From Ophelia neglecta (Eukaryota), in the NCBI GenBank assembly GCA_965285935.1, contig OZ260663.1, positions 70,122,001 to 70,186,000 on the forward strand: a DNA stretch of 64,000 nucleotides. The letters are read 5' to 3'. The notes below the pieces were generated by a model that worked only from the letters and a program-made list of their open reading frames with translations, did no database searches and was not told where the DNA came from. This document shows positions 13,100 to 26,800 of the stretch, piece by piece. Both the position numbers and the translations under genes were made by a program. Positions within the stretch are counted from its first letter, which is position 1, and each line of letters begins with the position of its first letter.

Positions 13100-14432
13100 T
13101 ATATAGATGTTTAGGTAAATAAAGCAATTTGTTTTGCACATAGAAGGTATTACCCTGTCGAATAACGTCACGTGGGAGGCATTACATTTGCACCTAGGAG
13201 GTATCACTTGATGGATAATGCACACAGGACTTATAGCTTGAGGCCAATTTAACAAAAAAACACATCACTTGATAACACCACCAAACGATGCATACCTAAT
13301 TAGTTACCCCTTTTTAACCGAGCACAAAAATGACGATTTAGCTAAATATGCACATAAGAGGTTTACCGCGCCTACGACGGTAGGTTGCACCGATTAGCCT
13401 CCCCAATATTATGTTTTAATGATGAAACCCTTTGTGACATTGTGTCCATGGTCGTCGGAAATGTTTTCGAAGCAGTTGCTACGAATACGCCCGCCTCCTA
13501 CGCTATAACGTTCAATACCTCTAGCGTCAGAAAGGCTGGGGGGGGGGGGGTGTTATGTTTTGCGTATTTATGCCTGGTGTCAATGAAATATAACTGTGAA
13601 ATGTACTCGCCGACCCTTTAGACCCACAATAATCTACGACCCTATCAAACATTTCATTCCATTCAAGCATTTATAACTCGATGGCATCTTGATCGCATTA
13701 GGAATGCTCAGTGCTCTGGTTTGCTCAATTGCTGGGTAGTATTACTTGGCAAATACATCATTGACTAGTCATAGCGAAATGCCAGTTGGTATGTAGGGCG
13801 AGGGCCGTTGACTAATACTTAATTATATTCGGGTACCCTCAGTCGTAAATGAAACTTGGTCTTAGTCTCAGCCTCCTGTGCCCTGCTGCTCTTCAAATGA
13901 GAACTCAAAGAACTTTTGTAGATCTTATACCTGCAAGGAAGGCTGGCTCTACAGCCCCCGGACGATCTTTTATTATATACTGCGAGATTTTACTGGGCTC
14001 TGTTGGAGTCTGGCTACTTGCGAGTATTATTATGATACGGTTGTGTTGTTTGAATTGTTCTATAGATAACGTGTGGCATGCAAATATAAATGTTTTAAGG
14101 TTTTGGACAGTCATGAGAATAAGTATTCGACGTATAGGCCTAGTTGTTTTATATTACAAGACGGCCACGTGCGACACAGCTTCTGGTTATAGTTATAATA
14201 ACTGGCAGTGATACTGGTTCTCAGACCAGTATATACAGACCGATATTATTCTCAGATTCGAGGTAACGACTCAAAGCAATGGAACCTTCTTGCGCTAATG
14301 TATAGTCAGCGACCAGAGCAAAATCCCGGAGTCCAATTTTGCCGCAGGCATACTGTAAAACCTAATTCAAAATACCTTAAACGAAACAGAGATATACTTG
14401 ACACGCGTTCTTTAAAACGTAGCCAGGCCGTA

Positions 14433-14605
14433 CAGAGAAACGTGTCTAAAAAGGTCAATCAAGAGACTGGGAAAAACTGACCACAAGGTGACCTTAGTAG
14501 GCAGGTAAGTTAACACAGGCATAAGTGGGAATCAGTCAATTATTAAGTGACCTTAGTGGGCAGGTGACCTTGTTACACAGGTGACCACAAACACAAGTTT
14601 CACTG
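14433..14605. mobile_element. Degenerate CAGTGAAAC-type MITE
   Basis: TA|CAGAGAAACGTGT ... ACAAGTTTCACTG|TA; internal ggtgacc repeats. Confidence 0.6.
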
Positions 14606-17600
14606 TAAATGGGCTGGTCTGGGCTACTGGTTACGGTTAAGGATGGATTGTTTCAGATATGTATGGTTAGCAAACCATGTCAGTTCGTATCAGTGTATCT
14701 CGTATTTCTGTCTTATCTCGTATCTGGTTTAACAACATACCTTTGCTATACATATTCTCCTGTCATATACGCCAAAACAAATACATTATTTTTGTTTAAT
14801 ACTTTTCTTGTGAATATTGGGGTGGTAATTGTCAAACATTTTATTCGTATTCTTGAAATAGCTGTATGGTCTTACAAAAATGAAGTTATAGGTCTAACTT
14901 TAAACCAGTATAGCCGTTAAAATAACCCCGCTATTCTTCCAAGTTGAACAGGGTAAAGGCCCATTGAAAAGTACTGTGCAGCCGGACTACATAAAGAATG
15001 TTGGACTACATAAAGAATGAGAGACTTCACTCGTTTGAAAGGCTTAAGGTGTTCAGCTGATCATCACCGTATCAGGTGAGCCCTGGCTTACAAGACCAAT
15101 TTGGGTCAGACTTGTAGACTGACTATAAATATTTAAAATAGTGTAAATTCATGAAGAGAATGATACCATAGCATTGGCTATTATGCGCGGTTTATTAACA
15201 CAGAAAAAGAACTAAGCCAGTGGAGTATTAAAAGGTTTTTGACCCTAGAAAGACCGGGTTCAATGCTTTTCGGGGTTTTCTTTGGTCATCACAGAGTTGA
15301 TTGGATTAAGAGGTCTTTGACAGGACAGGACAGAAGTTCGTCAGGTCATGTATGTAATTGGTGGACTTCGTTAGACCTTATAACCTTTATTGGAATGAAC
15401 CCGAGCTCGCAGATAAATTCTCGTCCTGTTGTTTTAATACACTAAAGGCCAATACGTATAAATAATACTCGTGCTTGCAGTTGTACGTTATAATAACAAT
15501 AAGTACGGTATAAAACCGTAGTAAAGGTGGTTCATGTTATATGAAAAGAAACATTCGAATGTATGTACGACATGCGCAGTTATAATCAGTTACGATAGCA
15601 GCAACGGCAATGATACAAACCCAAATAACGTTCGTGGTCATCGCTCGACAGTCGGAAGTGTACCTCATATTTTAATAGGCCTATTATACGTAATATAATT
15701 ATACTCAATATTTGCCTATATAGGGGCCTCTTCAAGTATCTCACCTTGAATATGGGGCGTTGACATTTAATAACTATACATGTCATATCTTAAAATGGCA
15801 GAGATCAACATATAACAGTTTCACATGTTGGCCGTTAATATTTTTTCTTAATCGTGGTTCATTGTGCCCAAACACTTTTATCCGGACTAATTGTTGCTGT
15901 TTTCTTAGGAAAGTACAACAGTCTTTCCGCAGAGTCTTTCATTTCTAAGAGGAGCTTTGAGCCAAAGCAAATAATACGGTAACAAGCGCACTATTGGTCG
16001 ATCCCCACATGGCCGATTACATGTATAATAGGCTATAGGCCTGCATTGAGTTGTGTAAAATGAATTTACTCTCAATGAAAACAAATGTTTCGTAGAAACT
16101 AGACCTGATCGAGAATCCATACGTGCTTTAAACAACTGGTAATCAGGGAACTGAATTTATATCTTGTTGGCCTACCAGCCGATATAAAGTCTGCAAGTAT
16201 CGGCATATAGAGGATCCATGGCCTAATGCTTGACTATGTCTATGATCTACGCTTTTATACTTTACTCAATAGGAGTACATCCATAATCAGACCAGTATTT
16301 TCCAGTCAATTTGGTGGTCTCAATTCTTGTTCATCATAGGAACGAGGGACAAATATTGGTTCTCTTGATGTAGGCCCTATATGTTTTTAATTGCCAATGA
16401 TCGGAAGCTGTAGGAAAAAAAATTACATTTCCCGTTCCGGTGGAACTTGGTAAATTGGCGCAAAGTTGATCGTTGTAGCTCCGTGATTGTATTTTAGATT
16501 ACGAGTTTTGGCAGAAACAATTTTCAAAACACATTGAACAATGCTTCTAAATTTCGGCTCTTATTAGCCACTATATTTTATTCAGTATTGTTGTTATTCG
16601 GTGACAAAATGCGCATTAGAACGACAATCAAACAATTAAACAAATAAAAATGCATAAGCAATTGATAAAGGAAAGCTAGGGGTTTTGTTCGATATGTGTG
16701 CTTGAAGATTTTGTCGACCGAAAATCGTATTCTATACTACAAACGTGGATGTTTTACTAATTAACTTCGGGCCAAATTTACCAAACTCCTGCCGACACAG
16801 GAAATTGACCAGTTTCTCCAATAGTAACCGATATATCGAAGTATGGCAATAAAAAGCTTAACACTACTTGAAAGCGCTTTTGAGTGATATTTCAAGTTGG
16901 TGGCGACAACTTTTTTTTTTCTCATGTTTAGGCTAATAAAGTTGAGTTTCCAGTTCCTGCCTGCATGTATAGGATGAGCTGGTTAACGAGATAAACAGTT
17001 CAAAGATGCTCACGGCCAGTCGATTTTTGTTTGGTTATTTTATTTGCCATTCCTGTTTATAAAAAAAAAACATTACGATTATTTCCATATAAAATATAGA
17101 AAGTGTCAGCCTTTATAAATAATATTCTAGTTTAGTTAGACCGGATACCGGTACCTATTTCTAAAGGAAAATATTAAATCGGAAAATGAAATGAAATGTA
17201 TCCACACACACACAGATCACTAACCAATTTCGGGTGCTGGTGATACGGACAATAAAATACTCGACAAGACAGGAATAAATGACAACCGCTGTAACTTTCA
17301 TTCAACTGCCAATACATTATAGACACACAGAATATTATCAGCAGCTGTTACCACGAGCATATCGCGGGCAAAGCGAATTAAAGCAGGTATTTAACGACTG
17401 CGTCCCCGGTGACAGTCAACCATTAATTTCTATATCCACTGGTCTGAGAGGGAGTCTTTAATGTCCCTTTAGTGTTCCTAAATCTAGCCAGTGTAACTGA
17501 TAACATCTGTGATTTAGACAAGTCGAGCTGTTATTTCAAACATGTGTTTATTGCTGAACTAGTAATTTCTAACTTGATCAGATTTTATATTGTGTATGTC

Positions 17601-17959
17601 AATGCATGTACATTTACGAAGAGTAACAATCCCTTCTCAATGGATAAGCATAGAACAGAACAATCATATTTAATACATTTGAATATACGAATGTGCATTT
17701 TGTGAGTATGCATATGAGCGCTCTGAGAATTACCATAGAACTCATTCTTTACAGCCACAGTATACAATGTATACGTCATACACAAATTTGGCTATTAATC
17801 TGACAAATATGTTTTAACATTTAGAGAGAGTTAGTCACTGACAATTCATCACATTTTCACAGTTCTAAAGACTACTACCTATAAATACCTTTGAAGAAAC
17901 TATAAATACCTCCTTATAGGACCCAATAAATGTTATATTAATGACAATAACAGTTTCAG

Positions 17960-19330
17960 TGGCAGCGGTGACACTAGCCTCACCCCAAGTAATTTCCAAT
18001 TTCACCACTATATGTTTTAACAAGTACAGCATCCTTTAAAAAGTCAGACATCCTGGCTCTGTGATGACCTGAAGTTAGACAGTATTGAATAAACGTGTTT
18101 GAGAGTTTAGTTAAACACTGTTCAAAGTGCCGATGCTGGAGGAATCCACAGTCGAGCATTTCTGTTTTTTGAGCATTTCTGCCCCCCCGGCCCCCCATTC
18201 CTGGTTGGAACACGAACAGCCGCCTTTATTTTTCCAGGGACAGTGTAACAGAGTCTATGTCCTTTGGGAGTACAGGTTTTTGATGAAAGTAAGGTATTCT
18301 TCACGATTGATAACCATATTTTCATAGGTATGGCTGTTGGTAAAAGTGAATTCGAATATATCATTAAATTGACCTGAATCAATCAGTCTTCTATGTAAAG
18401 CTCACTGTACAAATCTATGTCAACAGATTTGTTTACCTGCAACTTGTCGAAATTTTTAGCAAGATAGGTGCTTATAAAACTCTTCCCTTCTGGTGTTGTG
18501 ATCAGAGTTTCTTTGGTAAATTTGTTTTCAGTGAGCATTTCACTTGCTTAAAATGATCGGATGTAAACTTGTACTCTTTTTCACATACTGCTAAACATAT
18601 TACATGTGATATCTGCTGCAGGTGGCATTTTTTATTTATTTTAAGTAGGCAAAACTGTCGTTGTATTCGTCTTAAATTTCACACAAAACTCAATTGCAAC
18701 TGTGATGCTTTGTGCTACCTTTACAGGAAGAACTTTTTCTGGCAAACCATAAACATCTTCTGTTGTTACTTGCATTACGATGTCAGCACTTTCAGTATTG
18801 TCACATCCTGGAATGGCACCTTCTCTGCACTTTATTAGTAGTTCCGCCAGTGCTTTCTGCATACCCAAAGACTTTTGCAAAGTTGGCTATGAACAGCTAG
18901 TCCGGCTATACTTTGGATTTGCAGAGCTCTAGGCACGTAAAGAGCTTATATTTTGTGGTAATTTATTAATGAATGAAAATGGGTTGAGACATTAGAGCTC
19001 ATAAACAAGCCGTTATTGTGATGTCCCAGTCATCGATCAATCTGGTGATTTTGGAGTATGAAGTTGATTACTGGCCCAGTTGTCTCCATCGGCACCGAGG
19101 GGCGCGGACAAATTTTGACACCGTGGCAATGCGATGAATACATGTTTAATGCTAAAGCATTTTCTGTCTGACGAGGGTGCTTGGGGAATTGACGTAAAAA
19201 CACAATTATCGCGTGTTTGGTATGACGTGCATGTTCCTCACGGGACATGATGAACATCTCTCCTGAACTCGTTGACCTACGTGCATGGTGCCAATGTTCT
19301 CGTCCTTGAGGTGACCTTAAGGCTCCCCAC
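17960..19330 (-). pseudogene. Decayed ~1.4-kb intronless coding remnant, possibly Academ-like transposase
   Basis: Minus-strand ORFs 19030-19257, 18641-18880, 18122-18382 and 17980-18213 are collinear with few stops/frameshifts; motifs GCDNTESADIVM and RLWIPPASAL recall Academ C.H.EAD and LPP..AL; family call is inference. Confidence 0.4.
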
Positions 19331-22300
19331 GGGACTTGCGAAAAGCCTCTATACTGAGCTCGCTGGGTGTTGTCTAGCGATTATTTATTAAACTGTCAGG
19401 CGATGAAGACATTTTGACGCCGAAGCACGCACCATTAGATAATTGACCTTTCATGGCTAGGCGTTGCATGACCCGCTGGACACCGAGCAAAAATCTTTAT
19501 ATCTTGGCAAACCGTCTCTATGGAACGAGACTAGCGAGATCACTTATAAATCGTATATAAATAATGTCTTTTATCTGGTACTATTTACCGTCATTACGCC
19601 TAAATAAAGCTTTCTCGTCTGATTTGTCGAGATACAGGCAATTTGAGAGGAAAACACTTAGGTCAATAAAATCTAAGACTTCCCGCTTTTAAAAAAGTGC
19701 TGAAGAGATTCATGGTGCACTAGCACACTTTTATTGTGTTGCTTTGATGTTGTTGTAAGATGAATATGCCTTTCATTGTGTACAACTTAGTTCTGGCAAA
19801 TAATTCAAGGACATAACTGAATAAGTGGTTTTCTATGGAATCGATTTTTCCACCATATGGGCCTAGTATATAGTATAACTATCGCGTTTAACAGTTAAGC
19901 TGTGTTAGTATCTCTGTTTGAAGAAAAACAAAGGGGTGTCAATTGTAAAAAAAACATCAGGCCTACATGCCTCTTCAGATTGTTGCATGATTGCATGATT
20001 CGACACATTTAAAAAAGTTAAAAAAAAGGAGGGTTTTTCATTTGTATGTATGTCATGTAGCGAGTCGTGACGTTTAGACAGAGGCAAAGAGAGAAAGTCA
20101 TCTCAGCCACGACCTTGTCTGTAGGCAAGGCGTTCCTCTGACACTCACCATGTCAGGTGAAAGCATTTCCAGAGTTTTTATAAGCTGAAAATAGTCGAAT
20201 CTTTTCAAAGGAATAACTAACCACATATGCATATATTATATATTATGTGGTGTTATTACTGGTGAAAACGCAATTTGATAAGGCGGAAATTAAGGCCTAT
20301 AAGATTATCTTTGTTTAGGAATGACCATGAAGGTTGTTTCAATGCCCAATTTAGGTCTATATGCCTTTTTCTCTCTCGGCCAACGACCTATTTGTGCAGA
20401 GAATATTGAAAGGACACAGAACAGAGATTGGTGAGATTATAGGCTACGGGTAACTATTTTTCTAATTGTGTATTTCTCATTTAGCTACTCTGTCGTATAT
20501 TAAAAGTACAAAGAGCTTTACTCGGTCTGAAAGCTACCCCCCCCCCCCCCCCACGAACTGAGAGAAACGAGTACCTGTGGCAGCAATTACCAACACACGT
20601 TATAGGCAAGAGGGTTTCCAACAAGGGTGTACGGTCAGCGGCGGATATTATTAACACATCCGTTCTTCATGTACATACACAAATCAAGGGGGGGGGGGGG
20701 TTCAACAGGGGTGTATGGAATGTTCTCAGTGATGGAAGTACATATATATATAAATGGGTGGAAGTGCCTATATAGGCCTATATATATATGTACGCCTACT
20801 GCCGTGATTACTTGATCAGTAAATTAACGAATTAATTTGAACTTTTACTTAAGAAATAATAATGATGTGCGTTGGTGCCAAAAAATAAGATACACTGGAG
20901 CAAGAGATTAATATAGACAATAAAATCATTAATACCAAAAGTCTCAACATTTATAGTGACGCAAAATACATATTACATTTGTCTTAGTTTGTACAAGCAC
21001 ATACAGGGAAGCTTAGACTGGGCATCAACCATGAACCATATTAATCCGCCAATTATTAAGATTTCTCTTAAAATTAGACATTTTTTTCAATTTTATCACT
21101 GGTACCATGCCATAATTAAACGCCCTGGTATCTCAATGACTTTTGTGAAACAGCTAATTTACCCTTTGGCACACGAAACCATGAGGGCTGTCTCGTTGAG
21201 TAGTTATAGACAGAGCCATCTGTACAAAATAAATCTCCAAAAATATCAGGCAACATGTTCTTAAATACTTTCACACATGGAGCAAGATTTTTTTACTGAA
21301 AAATAACATCTATAGCAAGTCAAGTTAACGTTTAAAAAGGGAACAGTATGATCTCTCATTTTCGATAATGTAATTATTCGCATTACTTTGTAATTAACTA
21401 ATGTATTAAATAGTCTAAGAGGTTGAATCCGAATGGCAGTCACGCCATCAGTTGCGTACTCTTTTATTTAAAATCCATGTTGAACATCCACGTTCAACTG
21501 CTATAGCCTAGCTTTATTAAGTATGCCGTGTCAATATGTCTAGCCCATCAAAAACACGACTGGCAAATAGTAAGGTGACCAAATGATCGATCTACATGCA
21601 CACAAACCACGACTGACCGCTCAGGGAATAGTAAACCACACGGAATTAAATGAAACAATCGATGTTTTTAATCGGTAAACTCTTTTCAGAAGTACAAGTC
21701 CACCAAACTAAATTTGACCCCCGAAATAGAAAAAATCATATGAAACCAATTAATCGATTCAGCCACTCGAAAAAAGTCTTCTCGCCGTGGTCAGCTCGGG
21801 GTCGGCCTATTATACGTGTTGGGCTCGTAGTGATAGCCATGATGGAGTCTAGTTCGTGATTTGTGTTTTGATTCTGTTTATGTTCGTCCCAGCTCTGGGC
21901 TTGTCCAAAGGGTCGAACTTGAAAACGTTCCAGGAAGGTTCTAGACTGGTCTTATCGAGTGTAAGTACCTATATACTGATTATAATGCACGATTATCGTT
22001 ACTCTTGGAATGTCCATTTAGACTTAAGAGTTGTTGTTTAGTTTCGATAATATTGTAGATTTTCAGTCAAAGGTATTTAAAGTAACAGTCTTTGCATCTT
22101 TTAGTATATATATTACTAAGTTGACAGTTGCACGGACATTTTACTTTAGCACCGCTCTTAAAGCAGTTCGAGTACGTACTTGTCGTATGACGTAGGACAT
22201 AGGCCTAAGTATAATACAGAATCTCTCAGGTTACTGATGATAAAGAAACGAAAGATGTCTTGATTGTTTATATAAAACCAGTATTGCCCTATTTCAGTAA

Positions 22301-23354
22301 GTAAGATTTCAACGTTAAATGTCAAATAACGAAGAATTTCGGCTAGAATTATGTTTGAAGCACAGATCTTTGCGTACTCTTTCCCAGCAAAGTTACTATT
22401 TTGTAAATTTTCTTGCGAACTACTCTTTCATCAAAAAACATTTCCCAGGTGCACTCAACGATTGATTGACTCTGGTTTGGGAGCAACACTCGCAATATTC
22501 CCTTCTATTCTCGTCAAGTTTGCTTGTTCCTATTAAATTTCTCTCACTTTGAGTTTGGCGCAGGATGTTTGTCTAGGGCTATACATTTACATTATGTATA
22601 GGCACGATGCCATGGAGTTTAAAGGTAATTTATCGACCTGTCTGTTTTTTGAATTTTTTCTTCTAAAAATCCATTTCGTGAATCCAGTACAATAGATGTT
22701 ATGTCACTTATCGAAACAAGCTCTGCGATTGTATTTAATGTATCTTGTAGTATACGGTACCTTGATGGAAAAATTAACTCAAGAACACATTAATTAATAC
22801 AATTAATACAATTTGTTGCTCTTTTTCGCTGAAAAAACTCACTGGAAAATGCGTACCAGCCTCCAGCCTTAAGTACGATAAACCTTATATTGGGCTGGGC
22901 CAACGGATAATCCTCTACAGATAAAAACCTGCGTTGCCGCCAGTAAGTCCTATAATGTACATAGGCTACCGAAGCTTAAAGTGTCAGCCAAAGTTCAGGA
23001 GTTTATATGATGTTTACTTGGTGCCGTGTGCATATTTTTACCTTGTTTTTGGACGAGCTTTAATGTACATGGAACAGGTTGACAGAAATGCTTTCAGATG
23101 GGGTATAAAAGCAGGATATTGGTCCAATTGCAGCTAGGTATTTACTGAATCGTCTGGTTCACTCACCGAGTTTGGTGTTTTTCGCAGTGTGCCTTGTCAG
23201 TCAAGTAAAAAAAATCGGAAATAAAACTCTCTCGTGTTTTAGCCTCTGAATTCCTAACTTGGCAGGGCCCAATGCGTGCGCATTTTGTTTTCAAATCGAG
23301 TTCTTCGATTGCATAGCTTGAAGGCACTCAATCTTTATTGTGCTAAAAACATCG

Positions 23355-23870
23355 AGTACATCATGTCACCCCTTTTGTTAAAAGACCTGCACTGGCTGCC
23401 CGTTGTCCACAGGGTGTCATATAAGATTTGTCTCCTCACCTATAAGGCTGTGCAAGGGCTTGCCCCGATCTACCTGGCAGACCTATTACAAGTGTACAGG
23501 CCCTCTCGTCAGCTCAGGTCTCAGAACAGAAACCTATTAAGGATCCCTGGTATCAGGACAGTGACATATGGCAATAGACGTTTTAGTTATTCAGCACCAT
23601 TTTTATGGAACAGCTTGCCAGATGATGTTAGAAATGCTCCCACAGTTGGCCAATTTAAATCAAAATTAAAAACACACTTTTTTAGACTAGCTTTCGATTA
23701 ATTGTGATCCTAGTCTTTTAATTAATTATGTGCCTTTTTATGTGTTTTATTGTAATATATGGGAATTTCTTTTCCTATTGATAATGTCACTTTTTACGTA
23801 AAGCGCCATTGATCAGGCTTGCCTGGAAAGGCGCTATATAAATGTACATAAATAAATAAATAAAATAAAT
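23355..23870 (+). mobile_element. 5'-truncated L2-clade LINE: ORF2 C-terminus, 3' UTR and (AAAT)n tail
   Basis: HVTP/LLKDLHWLPV..LTYKAVQGLAPIYLADLL..LRS..FSYSAPFLWNSLP..FKSKLKTHFF; stop at 23701; 3' stem aagcgcc..ggcgct; (aaat)n ~23850-23870; one extra T after HVTP. Confidence 0.9.
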
Positions 23871-26800
23871 CTTAAATATGTAACCATCATCTATTCCGTT
23901 CAATAGAACGCCCTGCTAGTCGCGACATCTCTACGGTAAGAGCCCAATGAATGCCGCACCCCTTTATGAGAACCTTCAGTCGTTCTGAAGCTGTCAAGGT
24001 GTCAACGACGCAAGATCATACGACCCATGTGGGACCTACCGCGCTTGTGGCGTTGCCATCCAGTCCTTAACACGATAGCTCTACGTGCGCTTCCAGCCAC
24101 GTGCTCACGGCGTGTATTCTAAGCATGACCCAAAATGTTCTCCGCGCAACCACGACCATGGACTTCATACCATGTCTGGGTCCTTAAAGCGTTCTATATG
24201 TAAGCCTTTTTGCCGCGTTGTATCCCATTTTCAAGGTCGCAGTGATAAGGCACCTTATATATAAGTGTGATGGCGTATATATTTAAGTCGATATCATGTC
24301 TCGAGTTCACATAGCCGTCTTTTTTGAAAAAGTCTGGTGACACCGTCTTTTCTTCCCCGAGTAGGCCTAATCGGTTTTGACTGTCGAAACCACAGAATAT
24401 GAAACATTTCTATTACATTCTCTTTGCGTGTTTTTGCCGCTTTTAGATTCGATTCAATATTTAGTGAATTGACGAAAAAAGCAAAAACAAACAATATTGC
24501 ACAGCATTTAACCATTATCTATTGTAAGCCCATGAACAAATAACTGGTTCCTTCACACGTGTTGTCAATAAAATATTGAAGCCACCATTGGAACCTGTCA
24601 AGTCGCCTGAGCATTCTCACATCGCTAATCCATTTGTCCGTTCGGCAGATGAAGTGCAATGAATTTGTTAAAAATAGGAACTCGTGGTCATTTACTGTCG
24701 TTGATGCCTAAAGTGAATTACATTAGAAATGCAGCCATTTTTCTCCTTCTTTCAACTAATTCTACTGCAATATATTGTTTTGAATAAATGATCTTTTCCA
24801 CATTTACCTATACCTACCCCGTGGTTTCGACTAGTTTTGTGTTCTATATTTATATATGAATATGCGTTTATAGCAAATTGTTATAGCAAACTAAAGAGTG
24901 CATAGGTACTTATAAGCGGTAAGAAAAAGGGCCTGGAGTCGATTTTTTACGCATCTGATATCTCATCGGTCTATCAGAATGAGATCTTTGTTTCCACGAG
25001 GATGCCGATGGTTGGTGTTACTGGGGCCATACCACTTTTGTAGCTGGTATAGCTACTTTTTAATTAAAAGTCTCAACATATGTTCAGTTTTGTTGTCGTT
25101 TTATGTGACGTGCTTCAATGTGTGGATCGCCTTACTAAACCGGAAATAAGAATAGTTTAAAGGATCCGAAGGACCTTAACAATAGTTATAGGTATGATAA
25201 CAACCTTTCCCTAGGGACCCACTAGATATAGAGACACATGATAGATATTCCCGTGCATTTGATAGCCGTTGACCACTGACGCACCGCACTGAGGTAATAA
25301 AATCATCCAGTGATTTTTTTCTGCATGTTGTCATTTTCTGCTATGCCCAAATCGAAAAAATTAGTCAAAATGAGGGATGGGCAATAGCTTAACATATCAA
25401 AGACCTCTGTTGCCATTTAACTGACTGTTTCGAGCATATCTCAGAATTTCATCCATAATTTTTTTAGTTTCGTATTTTCAGAAATAAGAAACAAAAAACA
25501 TGGAAAGAGTCTGATGTAAGACTGCTTAGTACGTATAAATAACTTAAAAACATTCCTCGAGTTGGTTAGAATTATTCCATTTCCAATGCTGTTTGCACAA
25601 TTCATCATTCATAATGAAAATTATTTTACCAGCTGCGACAAAATTAATAATAAATGTTAACAGACGAAAGTTCAGTTTTAACCCTCGTAAGCCTCTACAT
25701 CGTCACCGATGCCACCTTGGTTTCGCAGGTGTATTGTGGTGAGTGTGTAATAAACAGGGTTCTAATCAAACGAGCGCCTTATAACCACTATGTACACGAA
25801 TTCTACTGATAACTGCCATATATATAATATATGTATGTACAATGTGTGCAGTATGCCCATATCTGATATGGACGGATTTGCTTTTATATACAATATATAT
25901 TCATGTAGCCATAAAGATTTATGGGAGGAGACGCAGGTTTCAGTACCTATGTGTAGATTCAAGAAGTGCAATCTAGCATGGGTTGTATTTCATTTGAAAG
26001 ACTGTGATTTGAATTTCCTTTAGCTTTTTGAAGTAATAGTTTTAAAGCATGTTTCTATATATTTTTGGTCATATATATTCGGTTACATTGGTCTAGATAT
26101 ACAGCCTGGCTTAATGTTTAATAAGCTGCTTGCGTAAGGTGTTTGTTTTCCATATCGGTAATCAGTACAGATCTGCCCGTTACTGCCCCCTTCTCTCCTT
26201 GACTGATACTGAGTTTGTCAGGTAAATAATGCATGGCTGATATAGAACGCCGTAATTGGATCATGACTTCAAGCAGTCATGTTAACAGAATCACTGATTT
26301 CCATGATAAGACGTCATATTCTCCTGCCCTGCTGGTCTGTGCCAACCCAATTTCAGGGACAGTGGGGGACTTGTGACAGTATACGCGTACACGTACAGCA
26401 CACGAGTATACGCGGTATTACTTCGGAGCCATATTTTTACGAGGATTAAAGTGAGGACTCAAAGCATCAAATGACATGTATTACGATTGCTTTTGTCTGC
26501 TGCTTGACTAACCCGCGGGATACCAACCATCAGGTTTTTTTTTATTCTGGCACTGATCAACTACCTGTAAGTATCCAGCACTCGTTGTTGGAAGGGACTC
26601 TGGTACATGGGCCATAACACAAACACGTATACGAATTTCACGTGCAGGTAGGCAAATGTATTGCATGACAAATCAGACCCGACCGATGTTTTTTCCATAG
26701 CCGCGAGATAAAGGTATGAATTTAAAGTGTATCATTACAAGATTGAACCGTATAAAAACACCTATGCCTTGAGATCAACATACTTTCTAAGCGTAACCAG

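Noticed and set aside
16380-16860. Degenerate foldback element (also ~41530-41745)
   Set aside because: Inverted similarity is visible but too eroded to define ends, TSD or family
20140-20185. Minus-strand TATAAAA..ATG|GTGAGT as a first exon
   Set aside because: ATG is only ~30 nt from the TATA (at the expected TSS) and no downstream coding exons were identified
23276-23701. 141-aa ORF as a host gene
   Set aside because: It is the C-terminus of a truncated L2 ORF2 fused to flanking sequence, with a non-ATG start
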